Shown here: piece after piece, positions 17,712 to 27,069 of the stretch
Position numbering within the stretch: the first letter of the stretch is position 1
Layout of the letters: the number at the start of each line of letters is the position of its first letter
NCBI GenBank assembly: GCA_038889235.1
Contig: JAWAHN010000003.1
Coordinates: forward strand, 293,703-325,702
Direction of reading: 5' to 3'
Length of the DNA stretch: 32,000 nt
Source of the DNA: Candidatus Jordarchaeales archaeon
GTDB lineage: Archaea; Asgardarchaeota; Jordiarchaeia; Jordiarchaeales; Freyrarchaeaceae
Program-made: the position numbers and the translations under genes
Notes under the pieces: generated by a model
Seen by the model: only the letters and a program-made list of their open reading frames with translations
Databases searched by the model: none
What the model was told of the DNA's origin: nothing

Positions 17712-18374
17712 TTGAACCTTGACCTCCCAGAGGTGGTTAGTCTCATGGTCGATGCGCTGGAAAGGGTCAGGCGGCGCCTATCCCACCTCACGGTTGAAAC
17801 AGGCATAGAAGTCATGGACGTCTCCTTCGCTTTGCTACTAGTCCTCACTATAATACTCTTCTTCCTCAACGTTATACTTCTCCCCAAAATTGTCATCTTC
17901 ACCCGTAACCCCTATCTGAACGTTTTCGGCGCCTACTACGCTCTTCAGCGCCTAGCACTAAATGATGAGCTCCTAGCCTTCTTTTCCGCCCTCATAGCTG
18001 CTCCAACACCACTAACACTTTTCATCGCGCTTCGCATAAGGCGCTTCAAGGATAGCGCAAACTTCGGCGAAGCATGGAGCAAAACAGTGAGCTCGCTGAA
18101 GCCGGAGGAGGGCGGGTTAAGGGGAAAGGCAACCATGGCACTAGTAGTTCTAGCGATAGCGCTAATTGTAGCCCCATTCGCGGCCATAACCACCCTTCAA
18201 CCGATAATAGTGGACTACGCCCTCTCAAACCTCGCCCCCCAATGGTACCAGTTCAACGTGACAAGCATCACCCTATCACTAATCTTAGCGTACGCGGCAT
18301 CAAAGCTAAAGAGAGAAACTGAGGGTAAAGAAATATCACAAAACATGGAAAAACAACGCGGGAAAGCAAGTTAG
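17712..18374 (+). CDS. Hypothetical membrane protein
   Basis: 220-aa ORF with about four hydrophobic helices, 24 bp downstream of the HAD gene. Confidence 0.7.
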   Translation: MNLDLPEVVSLMVDALERVRRRLSHLTVETGIEVMDVSFALLLVLTIILFFLNVILLPKIVIFTRNPYLNVFGAYYALQRLALNDELLAFFSALIAAPTPLTLFIALRIRRFKDSANFGEAWSKTVSSLKPEEGGLRGKATMALVVLAIALIVAPFAAITTLQPIIVDYALSNLAPQWYQFNVTSITLSLILAYAASKLKRETEGKEISQNMEKQRGKAS

Positions 18375-18503
18375 AGGGGCAAGCCACGACGCGCGCATCC
18401 CGCAACATAAGTTTCAAGGTTCACATAGAGGTAAATACGTAACCCTTCCTTACCATCAAAGCTGTTGCGTTAAGACGCACTCCGCCATGCCAGCCGATTT
18501 CAC

Positions 18504-18731
18504 CTACCATCTGGGAATTCTCTTGAGGGCATCCTCAATCACCCATGCCGGGATCTTAACTTTTGATAGTTCCTCCACCTTTCTGGACAAGAACTCGGCC
18601 ACCTCACCCAAACTAGCGTTCGGCTTAACCTCTCCCATCATGCTCACAGCTATTCTAGCAGTAGCCTTATCCACCCCAAGCTCCTCAAGCACCCTCACCA
18701 AAAACTCATACCACTCTCTCCAGCCCTTCAT
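18504..18731 (-). CDS. Small hypothetical helical protein
   Basis: Amphipathic, protein-like ORF (MKGWREWYEFLVRVLEELGVD...). ATG at 18731 follows a GGGGTGG site. Confidence 0.55.
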   Translation of the reverse strand: MKGWREWYEFLVRVLEELGVDKATARIAVSMMGEVKPNASLGEVAEFLSRKVEELSKVKIPAWVIEDALKRIPRW

Positions 18732-19334
18732 CACACACCACCCCAGCAAAACCTCATTTCACCCCTTCAATATAAAACTCCACATAGCCACAACCCTCAT
18801 GCACATACCACCCGAAAATCATTTCCACCGCAAAAACATTCCACCCTTATTATGAAAGTACATCCACCAGAAAAACGCACCCCCACAACCACAAAACACC
18901 TTCCCTCACCACACCCAAACAAAGATAACAGAACAATAGAAGAGGATACTGAGGAAAAACCATCCATCTCCTCTAATAAGGTCACTGAGTTACGCCATAC
19001 CAATATCCACTCTAACAGGCAACCCCTTTAACCAGACCAACACTAAAGTACCGAGGCCTCATCCAATCACTATGATGTAGTCTGGTGAAACGCACATAAA
19101 AGCCCTCACATAACCAGGCTATCTTTAAATAACAGCCAGGCCAACTTAGAGATTCTGACGCTCATTTCACCAACAACCCCACCACAAATGCTTCAACTCT
19201 TAATTAAAAACGACCCCATTTCCGCAACATTCTTGGCTGCATCCATCTCCTCCATCTAACACAAACCCGCACAAAATACTAAAACAAGCGATTCGTTATA
19301 CCGTTAATTACTATGTTTTTATAGAAAAACATAA

Positions 19335-20273
19335 TCATGTTGTACGTTCTAACCACAAATGTATATTCCCTTCACTTAAAGCTCTAGCCATTATTTCATA
19401 GTATAATTTCTCTGCAGCCCCACGTCTAACATTGCACTTGTTATGAGCTATAAGGATAAGTAAAGGCTCATCCATTCCCGGCATAGTCCATACATGGCTG
19501 ATTATGCTCAAAATTCGGCTAAATTTCTCGGAAATCTCCTGCTCACCGAGATCCTTGAAGGATGCATACTCTACTCTAAATATCCTCCCTCTCAGGAGAG
19601 GTTTATAATAAGAGTAGTAAACTCTTAGCCCTTTACTTTTATATACACTGTAAGTCAACGCACTTTTACTTCCGTCTTCACACCCATCTTCATAATTTTC
19701 TGGAAGCGTATATACTGGAGAGGATTCTGCCTTAGCGGCGTCAAACATCACCGTCGAAAGTAAGTCAAGATCGTTTATAAATTCTGTAAAATGATCTTTT
19801 CCAATCTTATTTTTCAGAATGTTGAGGTAGTTGCTTCCCATAACCCTTTTAACAAACCCAACAACGTTTATCCCCTTATCATAACAATATCGTAATGCAT
19901 CTACTCTCTCTTCAACATACCTTTCATCACCATACAGCGGCGGATCGATCACAGGGCCATCAATTAAGATGTAAGATTCACCTCCGCTTAACATGTTTGC
20001 CAATTTTCTGAGTGCTTTTATCTCTCCAAGCATCATAAGTACCTCTGATTCTTGGTTAACCGCTATTTCGTCCACACTCTCCAGCGGCTCTATGCTTCCA
20101 TCAACTTTTATTACAGGATGCAAGGTAAACCCCTTCTCAGCAATCACTTGAGAAATACCAAGTATAACATACCATCTCCCTCCAATCCCCCCTACAACTT
20201 GAAAACTGCCGTCAACAGCTCCTATTGGAGTTGCCTTCAGCCTGCCGACTTCTTCACTTTCTCTAATTGGCAT
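19335..20273 (-). CDS. NurA-domain nuclease (RNase H-like fold)
   Basis: IGAVDGS, a central E (MLGEIKAL), ILIDGP, VVGFVKR and late YYK/RVEY/AHNKC elements typical of NurA. Confidence 0.8.
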   Translation of the reverse strand: MPIRESEEVGRLKATPIGAVDGSFQVVGGIGGRWYVILGISQVIAEKGFTLHPVIKVDGSIEPLESVDEIAVNQESEVLMMLGEIKALRKLANMLSGGESYILIDGPVIDPPLYGDERYVEERVDALRYCYDKGINVVGFVKRVMGSNYLNILKNKIGKDHFTEFINDLDLLSTVMFDAAKAESSPVYTLPENYEDGCEDGSKSALTYSVYKSKGLRVYYSYYKPLLRGRIFRVEYASFKDLGEQEISEKFSRILSIISHVWTMPGMDEPLLILIAHNKCNVRRGAAEKLYYEIMARALSEGNIHLWLERTT

Positions 20274-20619
20274 TTATTGGTGTTCATTTTCATTTAAATT
20301 TAAAAATATCTTTATAAAACAATCAGTTTAAATTTGCTTTGAGAATCAAAGCGTAACAATCGACTAGAGTTAGAACAAGATTTTTTTTGGCGCGCGAAAA
20401 AATCTTTACGAAATTCGTGTCCCCTTTGGTTTTCAATTCGCGTGAAATTGTGTTCAGATTAATGAACTGATAAACACACAATGTTTTGCTGGTGGAAGAG
20501 AGATACGCTAAAGCTTTATTTTAATAACAACGGAAAGATGGCAGTAGTTATGAGTAATTATAATGTGCTTTTAGGGGCTTTGGTTATGATTAGAACAAGT
20601 GGAAAGATACATAAAAATA

Positions 20620-21300
20620 TGTGTTTGTTAGGTGAGGTATCCTGACTGTAGAAGGGAAGTTTATCGCAGGAATAGCTTAGCTAAACTCTCTATATTATTA
20701 TACTACAACAGATTTTCGGTCTAACAATTAGCATCCCCGAGCTTTATCGCTGGGAGGATAGCATAAGAATACTATTCAAGATTATGGTTGAAGAAATACC
20801 TCTCATTCGCTTTGTCGATAAAATCTTTGAGTAGACTGAGTGACGGTTAATTATCAATTAACTGAAGAAGTAGGAGCCCGAAGTAGATTACGAGGTACTT
20901 AAAGAAGGTCCGAACAAGCTTTAAAGAATTGGTCAAAGATTTTGAGCACGTTCTAGAGATTTTAGGTCAACTTTCTTTTTTCTTTTGGTCTATAAAACAT
21001 GTACCTTGCAAGTTTTATGAAAAGGTGCACCCAAGGATCGATCAATATGGAGTTTTTAGAAGTAAGCTTCGGGCCTAACGTGATTCAGAGGGGATATCAT
21101 TCGACGAAAAACCGGATTTTTATAAGGACTATATGGTTTAGTGTCGGCCTAAATACAACACTAAGTCAGAGAAAAAGAGCACGTGTAGACTTGAATAAAG
21201 TCAAGGCAGGTTCTTTGGAGGAGCAACATGCATGTTAAACGAAGTCGTATGGGAGCATCCAGCTGACGCAAATTTAGAAAAACTGAATAGCTCTCGGTCT
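20620..21300 (+). pseudogene. Decayed protein-coding remnant of unknown family
   Basis: Successive protein-like fragments in shifting frames (QIFGLTISIPELYRWEDSIRILFKIMVEEIPLIRFVDKIFE*, EPEVDYEVLKEG, FKELVKDFEHVLEILGQ..., RDSEGISFDEKPDFYKDY) broken by stops. Confidence 0.4.
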
Positions 21301-21361
21301 TCCACAAATTAAAAGAGAATATATGACAAATTTAACTATGCGAGGTAAAAGTTAACAAAGA

Positions 21362-21388
21362 AAAACTTATATAAAACTTATTATATAA
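21362..21388. promoter_or_regulatory. Tandem TATA-like boxes upstream of the island operon
   Basis: AAAACTTAT occurs twice (21362, 21373), and palindromic TTATATAA occurs at 21367 and 21381. Confidence 0.4.
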
Positions 21389-21524
21389 AGATCAATTGCA
21401 GAGGAACCTTTTAAGCAACTGAAAGCAGTACCAAGATCGACAAAACTAACTTATTATAGTTTATCTTTTTACAGGTTTGATGAAAATCGACCTTGTTCGG
21501 TGATAACTTCATTAGACTGCGCGT

Positions 21525-22667
21525 ATGGTGGAAGTAATGTCAAGCTACGATAAAATTCCCGGCTTTGAATACTGGAACATTGATGCATGGTTAAACTTTA
21601 TTAAAAGCTACGTGTTACCTCTGCATATTTCAATATCTAAATTGTTAAAATTGAGAGAGTTTATTTTGACAGCAGTTGGAACAAGCGGTGAAGTTACTCT
21701 TTCTGAGGTGGAGAGAGAGCGAAACGACATTTTGCCATTTTTGTTGGGCGGAATCAAAGAAGATGGAACGTACAAAGACAATAGTTTAGCGAATTTTACT
21801 AGACTCGCCTTTGGAATATACGTAGATCCTAAGGCATGGGCGGCTTTAGAGATGGAGGAAGGATTAAAGGCTTCTGATTACGTGGTCGTAGAAGTTAGGA
21901 ACACACAGTTTATGAAGTTTTTAAGTGAACTAGAGAGAACAATTTTACGTATACTTGGGATAGCTGGGGTGGAACCTAAAGAGGTCTTAGAAAGCGAAAT
22001 TGCAGAAGTCGTCCAGAAACCAGGAGAAGAATTGCCGAAAATAATGGGATCACTATACAGGGAGTGTTTACAGGTAAGCGCTAACTACAATTACTACACT
22101 TTTTTCGCACTAAGCACTAGGGCAATTCTGTTTAAACTTATGGAAAAAGCTTACCCTAAACTAGCAAGTAACCTTAACTCCTTGAGGAATTTTCTTGGTC
22201 TCAAAAAAATATTTGAGCCAAAGATAAATGAAAGTGAAAAGAGAGAAAAGTATTCCATTTGGAGCCATTTAGAGAATAGTCTTTGCGATTGTCTCTATAA
22301 TCTAAATCAGTTAATTTGGAAGTACTTCGCAGATGAAAGCGTTAAAAAAGTTTTAAGTTTCGTTTCACCCTCTGTGAAAGACTTAAGACAGGAGTTTGTT
22401 CAAAAAGCACGGCAAAAACTGGAAGAAATAGGACAGCAGTTCCCTGATTGCATTTTCAAGTTGACAAGCTCGTATAAAAAGACGTATACTATTTCAGGCC
22501 TTATGGTAATAAAGGAAGAGGAGATCATAAGTTATCGTAATAGAGAAAAAGGGGAATGCAATATCAGTCTTTTTAAGTTGCTTGATGACCTATCGTTGGC
22601 GCTATTTTTTGATCTAATTACATTAGTAAAAATAACAGACGGAGAATTGGAGATAGAAAGAAAGTAA
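21525..22667 (+). CDS. Hypothetical protein (mostly helical), first gene of the island operon
   Basis: 380-aa ORF in an AT-rich background, 2 bp from the next gene. No recognisable motif. Confidence 0.8.
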   Translation: MVEVMSSYDKIPGFEYWNIDAWLNFIKSYVLPLHISISKLLKLREFILTAVGTSGEVTLSEVERERNDILPFLLGGIKEDGTYKDNSLANFTRLAFGIYVDPKAWAALEMEEGLKASDYVVVEVRNTQFMKFLSELERTILRILGIAGVEPKEVLESEIAEVVQKPGEELPKIMGSLYRECLQVSANYNYYTFFALSTRAILFKLMEKAYPKLASNLNSLRNFLGLKKIFEPKINESEKREKYSIWSHLENSLCDCLYNLNQLIWKYFADESVKKVLSFVSPSVKDLRQEFVQKARQKLEEIGQQFPDCIFKLTSSYKKTYTISGLMVIKEEEIISYRNREKGECNISLFKLLDDLSLALFFDLITLVKITDGELEIERK

Positions 22668-22669
22668 CA

Positions 22670-24445
22670 GTGGAGGTAATAAGTAGAATGCTTACATGGA
22701 GAGAAAAAACGTTAAATAAAGAATATTTGAGGGAAGAGAAGGAAAAAAAGAGGGATGAGAAAGGAAAGAAGTTAAACGCGACCGTTAAGGGGAAAGAGGG
22801 GGGAACAGTTTCTGAGGAAGGAGAAGATATTAAGTTTTTGCCTTTGAAATTAGAAGAAGTTCCGAAACTTAAAGTAGAAAGATGCAAGTTAGAAGAAATT
22901 CCTATGATTAAAATTAAAAAAGAAGAAAGAGTTGTCTCGGTGCCCATACTTGTTCTTCAAGAGCCCTCCTTTGAGTTTAGGGAGCATAAGTTGGATTGTG
23001 AAGTATATCGTGCAGAGAAAGTAGGGAGGATTGCGGTTCCGATAATTAGTGTGAATCCTCCTCCTAAACTCTCCATTTTAATTAAGGAATTTGATACAGA
23101 AATAAGAAAGCCTATGAAGAGAACGCCCGTTTATTGGGGAAGTGTAAAAGTGCCTATTTATTGGAGAGGTGTAATTGTTTCGCCCGAGCATCTTTTAGAA
23201 AGCTTTGATTCGACTATTAGTGAAGAGGTTGTGAAACGTTTAGGATTGAAAAAGATACCGTTGGCTGATTTTCCTAGAGAAAAGGTGGGAGAGTCTAAGG
23301 CTGGGGAACCGACCTCTGGTGGCGGAGAAGAACTTCAAGACTTCCTTGAAATTGCCTTTGAGGGTGAGGGAGGTAGAATTGCTGGCAGAGGCCCAAAAAT
23401 AATTTTATTCAAGGACTTTGAAGACGACAGCTATGTTAACTTCCTTGAAAGCATATGTTTAAGGATTTATCGTGAGAGGGTTGGTGGTGAGCCTAAGCCT
23501 GTGAAAATACGAAAGATTGACGACATGAACAAAAGAGAAGTGGAAAAATGGTTGGAAGCTGGTGGAAAAATATTTACTGTTGACTTGGAACAAAATGAAA
23601 TGCCGGATGAGACCCATCTATGGGAAAGGTTAGAGGAAACTTATTCTGAAAAATTAGGGTTCATAATATTTGCTGTGAGGAGCGAGGAGAAGTTTAGGCA
23701 TTTAAGGAAGTTGTTGCAGAGAATTAATGATAAAGCTCAGGGAAGGATAAACATAATAGAATTAAGGGCTAAAAGGTTACCACGAGAATTAATAAAGTTG
23801 GCTTCTGGGATTATTGATTTAGAGAAAATATCAGAAGATGTGAAAGTGAAGGCAGATGGAATACCAGTAATTACAACATTTGATTTTATGTTTAATAGGG
23901 CTTTCTTTGAACAAGAGAAACTCTTTAACGAGATTAAAAACGAGGAAGGAGGTCTTTTCAAAGAATCCACTAATACTGCAAAAGAAGAATCCTCCATTCA
24001 CTTTAATCTGAAGGTTTTTTTAGTTAGATATCTAACTCATAAGTTAAGGAAGGAAGGGAAAAGGCTCTTCAAGCGTGAGGAAATAATGAAAGAGATAAAG
24101 AGTGAAGAAGAACTTGCTCAAGATGTGATTCCGGACGTCAGGGTAGGAAGTGAGGTTTACGAGGTCGAGACACTATTTGGTCCTCATGCCGGGGAAGAAC
24201 CTGATCTAAAGATAAACAGAACGGTTGATAAATATGATAGAATAACAGGAATATCTAAAGTAAACATAGTTATGGATAACTTCGGTTTTCTGTTGCACCT
24301 AAGAGACTTACTAAGAAAAAAGGCCCATTTCAGAGACAAAAAGTTTGAGGTGGAATTTTATACTATAGATCTCCAAAATAAAAGGCTTATATCTTTGGCA
24401 GACTTTACCAGAGAATTTAAAAGGGTGCTTGAGAGAAGCGTATGA
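22670..24445 (+). CDS. Hypothetical protein with N-terminal repeats and a C-terminal PD-(D/E)xK-like nuclease domain
   Basis: 591 aa. ESSIHFNLK...IPDVRVGSEVYEVET resembles restriction-endonuclease-like domains (PD...ExE variant). ATG at 22688 after GGAGGT is an alternative start. Confidence 0.7.
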   Translation: MEVISRMLTWREKTLNKEYLREEKEKKRDEKGKKLNATVKGKEGGTVSEEGEDIKFLPLKLEEVPKLKVERCKLEEIPMIKIKKEERVVSVPILVLQEPSFEFREHKLDCEVYRAEKVGRIAVPIISVNPPPKLSILIKEFDTEIRKPMKRTPVYWGSVKVPIYWRGVIVSPEHLLESFDSTISEEVVKRLGLKKIPLADFPREKVGESKAGEPTSGGGEELQDFLEIAFEGEGGRIAGRGPKIILFKDFEDDSYVNFLESICLRIYRERVGGEPKPVKIRKIDDMNKREVEKWLEAGGKIFTVDLEQNEMPDETHLWERLEETYSEKLGFIIFAVRSEEKFRHLRKLLQRINDKAQGRINIIELRAKRLPRELIKLASGIIDLEKISEDVKVKADGIPVITTFDFMFNRAFFEQEKLFNEIKNEEGGLFKESTNTAKEESSIHFNLKVFLVRYLTHKLRKEGKRLFKREEIMKEIKSEEELAQDVIPDVRVGSEVYEVETLFGPHAGEEPDLKINRTVDKYDRITGISKVNIVMDNFGFLLHLRDLLRKKAHFRDKKFEVEFYTIDLQNKRLISLADFTREFKRVLERSV

Positions 24446-24699
24446 ATGGTTAAAGTCATGACTCGCTTATCGCCCTGAAGTGACTCTAAGAAGAAGGAAA
24501 TTACGTGTCTTTTTGCTAAACACAGCGTTTATGGGCCCTTTGAGCCACTTTATCGTTTAAGGACGTAAGCTTCACGGAGACCATAACTTCTTTTTTATTC
24601 CCTTATGTATCACCAGCCATTTAACCGAAGCCACTTATTATACGAACCGCTCAATTTAAAGCAAAGCCTTTATTATCGGTACAAAGGTATTCTTGCGCT

Positions 24700-25200
24700 T
24701 CAGGCCTTTCCGTCAACTCCTGAGAAGGGCGACGTGTACTCCTAATGTAACCTAACTAATCAGCCGTGCTTCCAAGAAATGTTCTGAAGCCTCTTCTGAA
24801 AACGCCTTGAATAAATTGTTTAGTTCAAAAAAGAGACCACAATATTACTATAGATAGCGGATGCTTATGACGGTAGGGATTATTTCGGCTGCTACTGATT
24901 GCCAGCATCGACTTACATTCTATAATTATGGTTTCCCTTTGACGCGTATGAAAAGGGATTTTTGTTAACATTTTAGAGTTGCTGGCCTTCTGGTGTTCTT
25001 CTATAGAAGACAATTAAGCAGGATATTCCCTTGAAAGTAGGCTCCAGGCTCAGCAACGCCACTTACTATTCTCTTTCTTCCACTCACTTTCAACCAAACT
25101 GAATGCTCTTTATTTTTAGCCTCGGTTTTTTCGGTCCTTTCTTTTCCTTTTCTGTTTTACGGCGTTTTCATTATCCACTTCCATACCCTGAACTTTCACC
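24700..25200 (-). pseudogene. Possible decayed gene
   Basis: Lys/Glu-rich protein-like fragments on the minus strand interrupted by stops and frameshifts. No family recognised. Confidence 0.25.
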
Positions 25201-25401
25201 TTGTGCTTTTAGGTGTTTAAATTACCTGGAGAGAGTTGGTGGAGGTGGGGGAGGAGGGTGGTGGATTGGAAGTTCATAGTGGTAGGCGTTTTGTTCTTGA
25301 AAGTGTTCTTGGATTTTGAGTAAAGTAGGGGTGGTGGTTGCGTGGCTTGTGTCGTAATTGTTATTAGTCTGTGTTTATCTGGTTTTTTCTGGTGAGGTCG
25401 G

Positions 25402-25662
25402 ATGCAGGCTGTTGGTAAGGTTGGGAAGAGGATGGTTTTGTATCCGCCTAGGGAGCTTCTGGAGAAGCTTGGTTTTAGTGAGGGGTGTGATGTGGTTTTC
25501 AGGGTTGAGGGGGATAGGCTTGTAGTGGAGAAGGTTGAAAACTTGTGGGAGCTTGCTCTCCGCTCGCGTAAGTGGGCTGAAACTAGTGTTGAGGAGTTTG
25601 AGAGGGAGTCTGAGGAGGTGCAGGGGGAGTTCGCTTTTGAAGAAGAGAAGAGTGGTTCTTGA
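25402..25662 (+). CDS. vapB: AbrB/MazE/SpoVT-family antitoxin
   Basis: VGKVGKRMVLYPPRELLEKLGFSEGCDVVFRVEGDRLVVEK swapped-hairpin signature, an acidic tail and a GGTGAGGT SD. Overlaps the PIN gene. Confidence 0.88.
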   Translation: MQAVGKVGKRMVLYPPRELLEKLGFSEGCDVVFRVEGDRLVVEKVENLWELALRSRKWAETSVEEFERESEEVQGEFAFEEEKSGS

Positions 25663-26134
25663 CACAACTTACCTACTTCCGTCGCTGGGAATTTCCGTCA
25701 AGGAGATAGGGGAGGAGGATATTCGAGGCATCATGAAGCATGGAAGTGAGGCAGAATACCTTTACCCGTCGCCCCTGCTAGCCGAGCTTTTGGCGAAGGT
25801 AGCTAAGGAGGCTTCGAAGAGGGGGATCACCGGGCTTCCAGCCGAAGCCTGTGACGGGTTAAGGGCTCTGCTGGCAGGATTAACAGTTACTGTAGAGACA
25901 CCTACAATAGATTCCCTGATACTTGCAGCCGAGCTCTGGATAAGGGGGCACAGGGATATCATGGATAACGTGGCCTATGCACATGCTTTGAAAACCAAAG
26001 CGTACTTCATGACCCTCGACGAAACGCTCAAAAAGTTCCTAGCGGAAAAAGGATACCCGACAAGCATCATAATAAACCATAAAGAGCTGAGAAATGTCTT
26101 TAGTAGGAAGGAGAGGGAAAGTGGACCCCCTTAA
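25637..26134 (+). CDS. vapC: PIN-domain ribonuclease toxin
   Basis: VVLDTTYL, LLAE, RDIMDNVAYA and MTLDE acidic tetrad. TTG at 25637 follows GGGGGAG, inside the 3' end of the antitoxin gene. Confidence 0.88.
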   Translation: MKKRRVVLDTTYLLPSLGISVKEIGEEDIRGIMKHGSEAEYLYPSPLLAELLAKVAKEASKRGITGLPAEACDGLRALLAGLTVTVETPTIDSLILAAELWIRGHRDIMDNVAYAHALKTKAYFMTLDETLKKFLAEKGYPTSIIINHKELRNVFSRKERESGPP

Positions 26135-26517
26135 TGGGGCAACATAATGGATTTCCATACCGGCGTCAGTTTGTGGACGGAGGTTACGGCCACTTATGGC
26201 TTCTAAACGTTCTTAAAACGCTGCCAGAATCGGAGCAGACAGCTTTCATTTGCAAGTTAACCTTTTGAGCGTTGCGTCGACTGGGAGCGTTTTCAGTAGC
26301 CCTTCAATTCTCGTCGTTTCCCTTTAATATTTTTCATCGCCCCTAATTTCGGAAACCGTTTCTTGTGGAAGCCGGTAGTTGTCCTGATATTTGCGCTTGA
26401 GAGTGTTGAATCATGCACCGCTTTTATGCCACCTGTTTTTCGGAATTAAAAATGTGAGGCCTTTTGAGATCAACACTGCTTCCGGTTTGAGCGTAAAGAT
26501 TCTGTGGCGCTTGGTGG

Positions 26518-27066
26518 TTAATACTTGATGAAGTTTTTTCCTGGTTCGTCGCAGACAGGGCACCTGTAGGGGGGTTCTCCGACGTGTATGTAGCCGCAGA
26601 CTGGGCACACATATATTTCCTCTGGCTGCATGTCTTCTCCTTTTTCAACGTGTTTCAGCGCGTTTCTGCAGGCGTTGGCATGGCTTTCTCCAACTTGAGC
26701 CAACTGCGTGAAGATCACATATGCCCCGGGGTTTCCGCTTTCAATCGCAGTGTTCGCTGCTTCTATGTACTGCTTGGTTTCGTCTTCGACATTTGCACAC
26801 ACGTTCAGGTTTTCCCTTGTGGTGCCGACGTTAAACCCCACTTCCCCCCTGAGTTTTTCGACGTCTTCTTTTGTGGCGTCCCTTCCGTAGTAGAGGTGGA
26901 AGAAAAGATTTAGGTGTATTTTCTCAGCGCGTGAAAGGGCCTTAAACATTCTGGCGACGTTTACGTAACCTTCGTCTACTGCTTTTTTCTCTGCCCCCGC
27001 GTATAGGAGGGCTGCTTTTAGCTCTGTGAGCATACCCTCGAAGATTAAGTCTTCGAGTTTACCCAT
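26518..27066 (-). CDS. rbr: Rubrerythrin family protein (atypical diiron ligands)
   Basis: EGYxxVAxxF...AEKIH, TRENL and a C-terminal rubredoxin domain CPVCGY...CPVC. Confidence 0.85.
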   Translation of the reverse strand: MGKLEDLIFEGMLTELKAALLYAGAEKKAVDEGYVNVARMFKALSRAEKIHLNLFFHLYYGRDATKEDVEKLRGEVGFNVGTTRENLNVCANVEDETKQYIEAANTAIESGNPGAYVIFTQLAQVGESHANACRNALKHVEKGEDMQPEEIYVCPVCGYIHVGEPPYRCPVCDEPGKNFIKY

Positions 27067-27069
27067 GCT

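Larger units (their letters stand above)
19260..25250. mobile_element. AT-rich accessory island (probably horizontally acquired); boundaries approximate
   Basis: Sampled 60-mers inside are mostly ~25-40% GC versus ~48-57% in sampled flanking genes. Contains orphan genes and decayed ORFs and is next to a TA pair. No integrase or att site was seen. Confidence 0.55.

Noticed and set aside
18961-19252. 13-bp direct repeat CATCCATCTCCTC (18961, 19240) as a possible att site or target duplication
   Set aside because: It reads GAGGAG-ATG-GAT-G on the minus strand, i.e. an SD+start-like motif. It flanks only ~270 bp and has no copy at the other island end.
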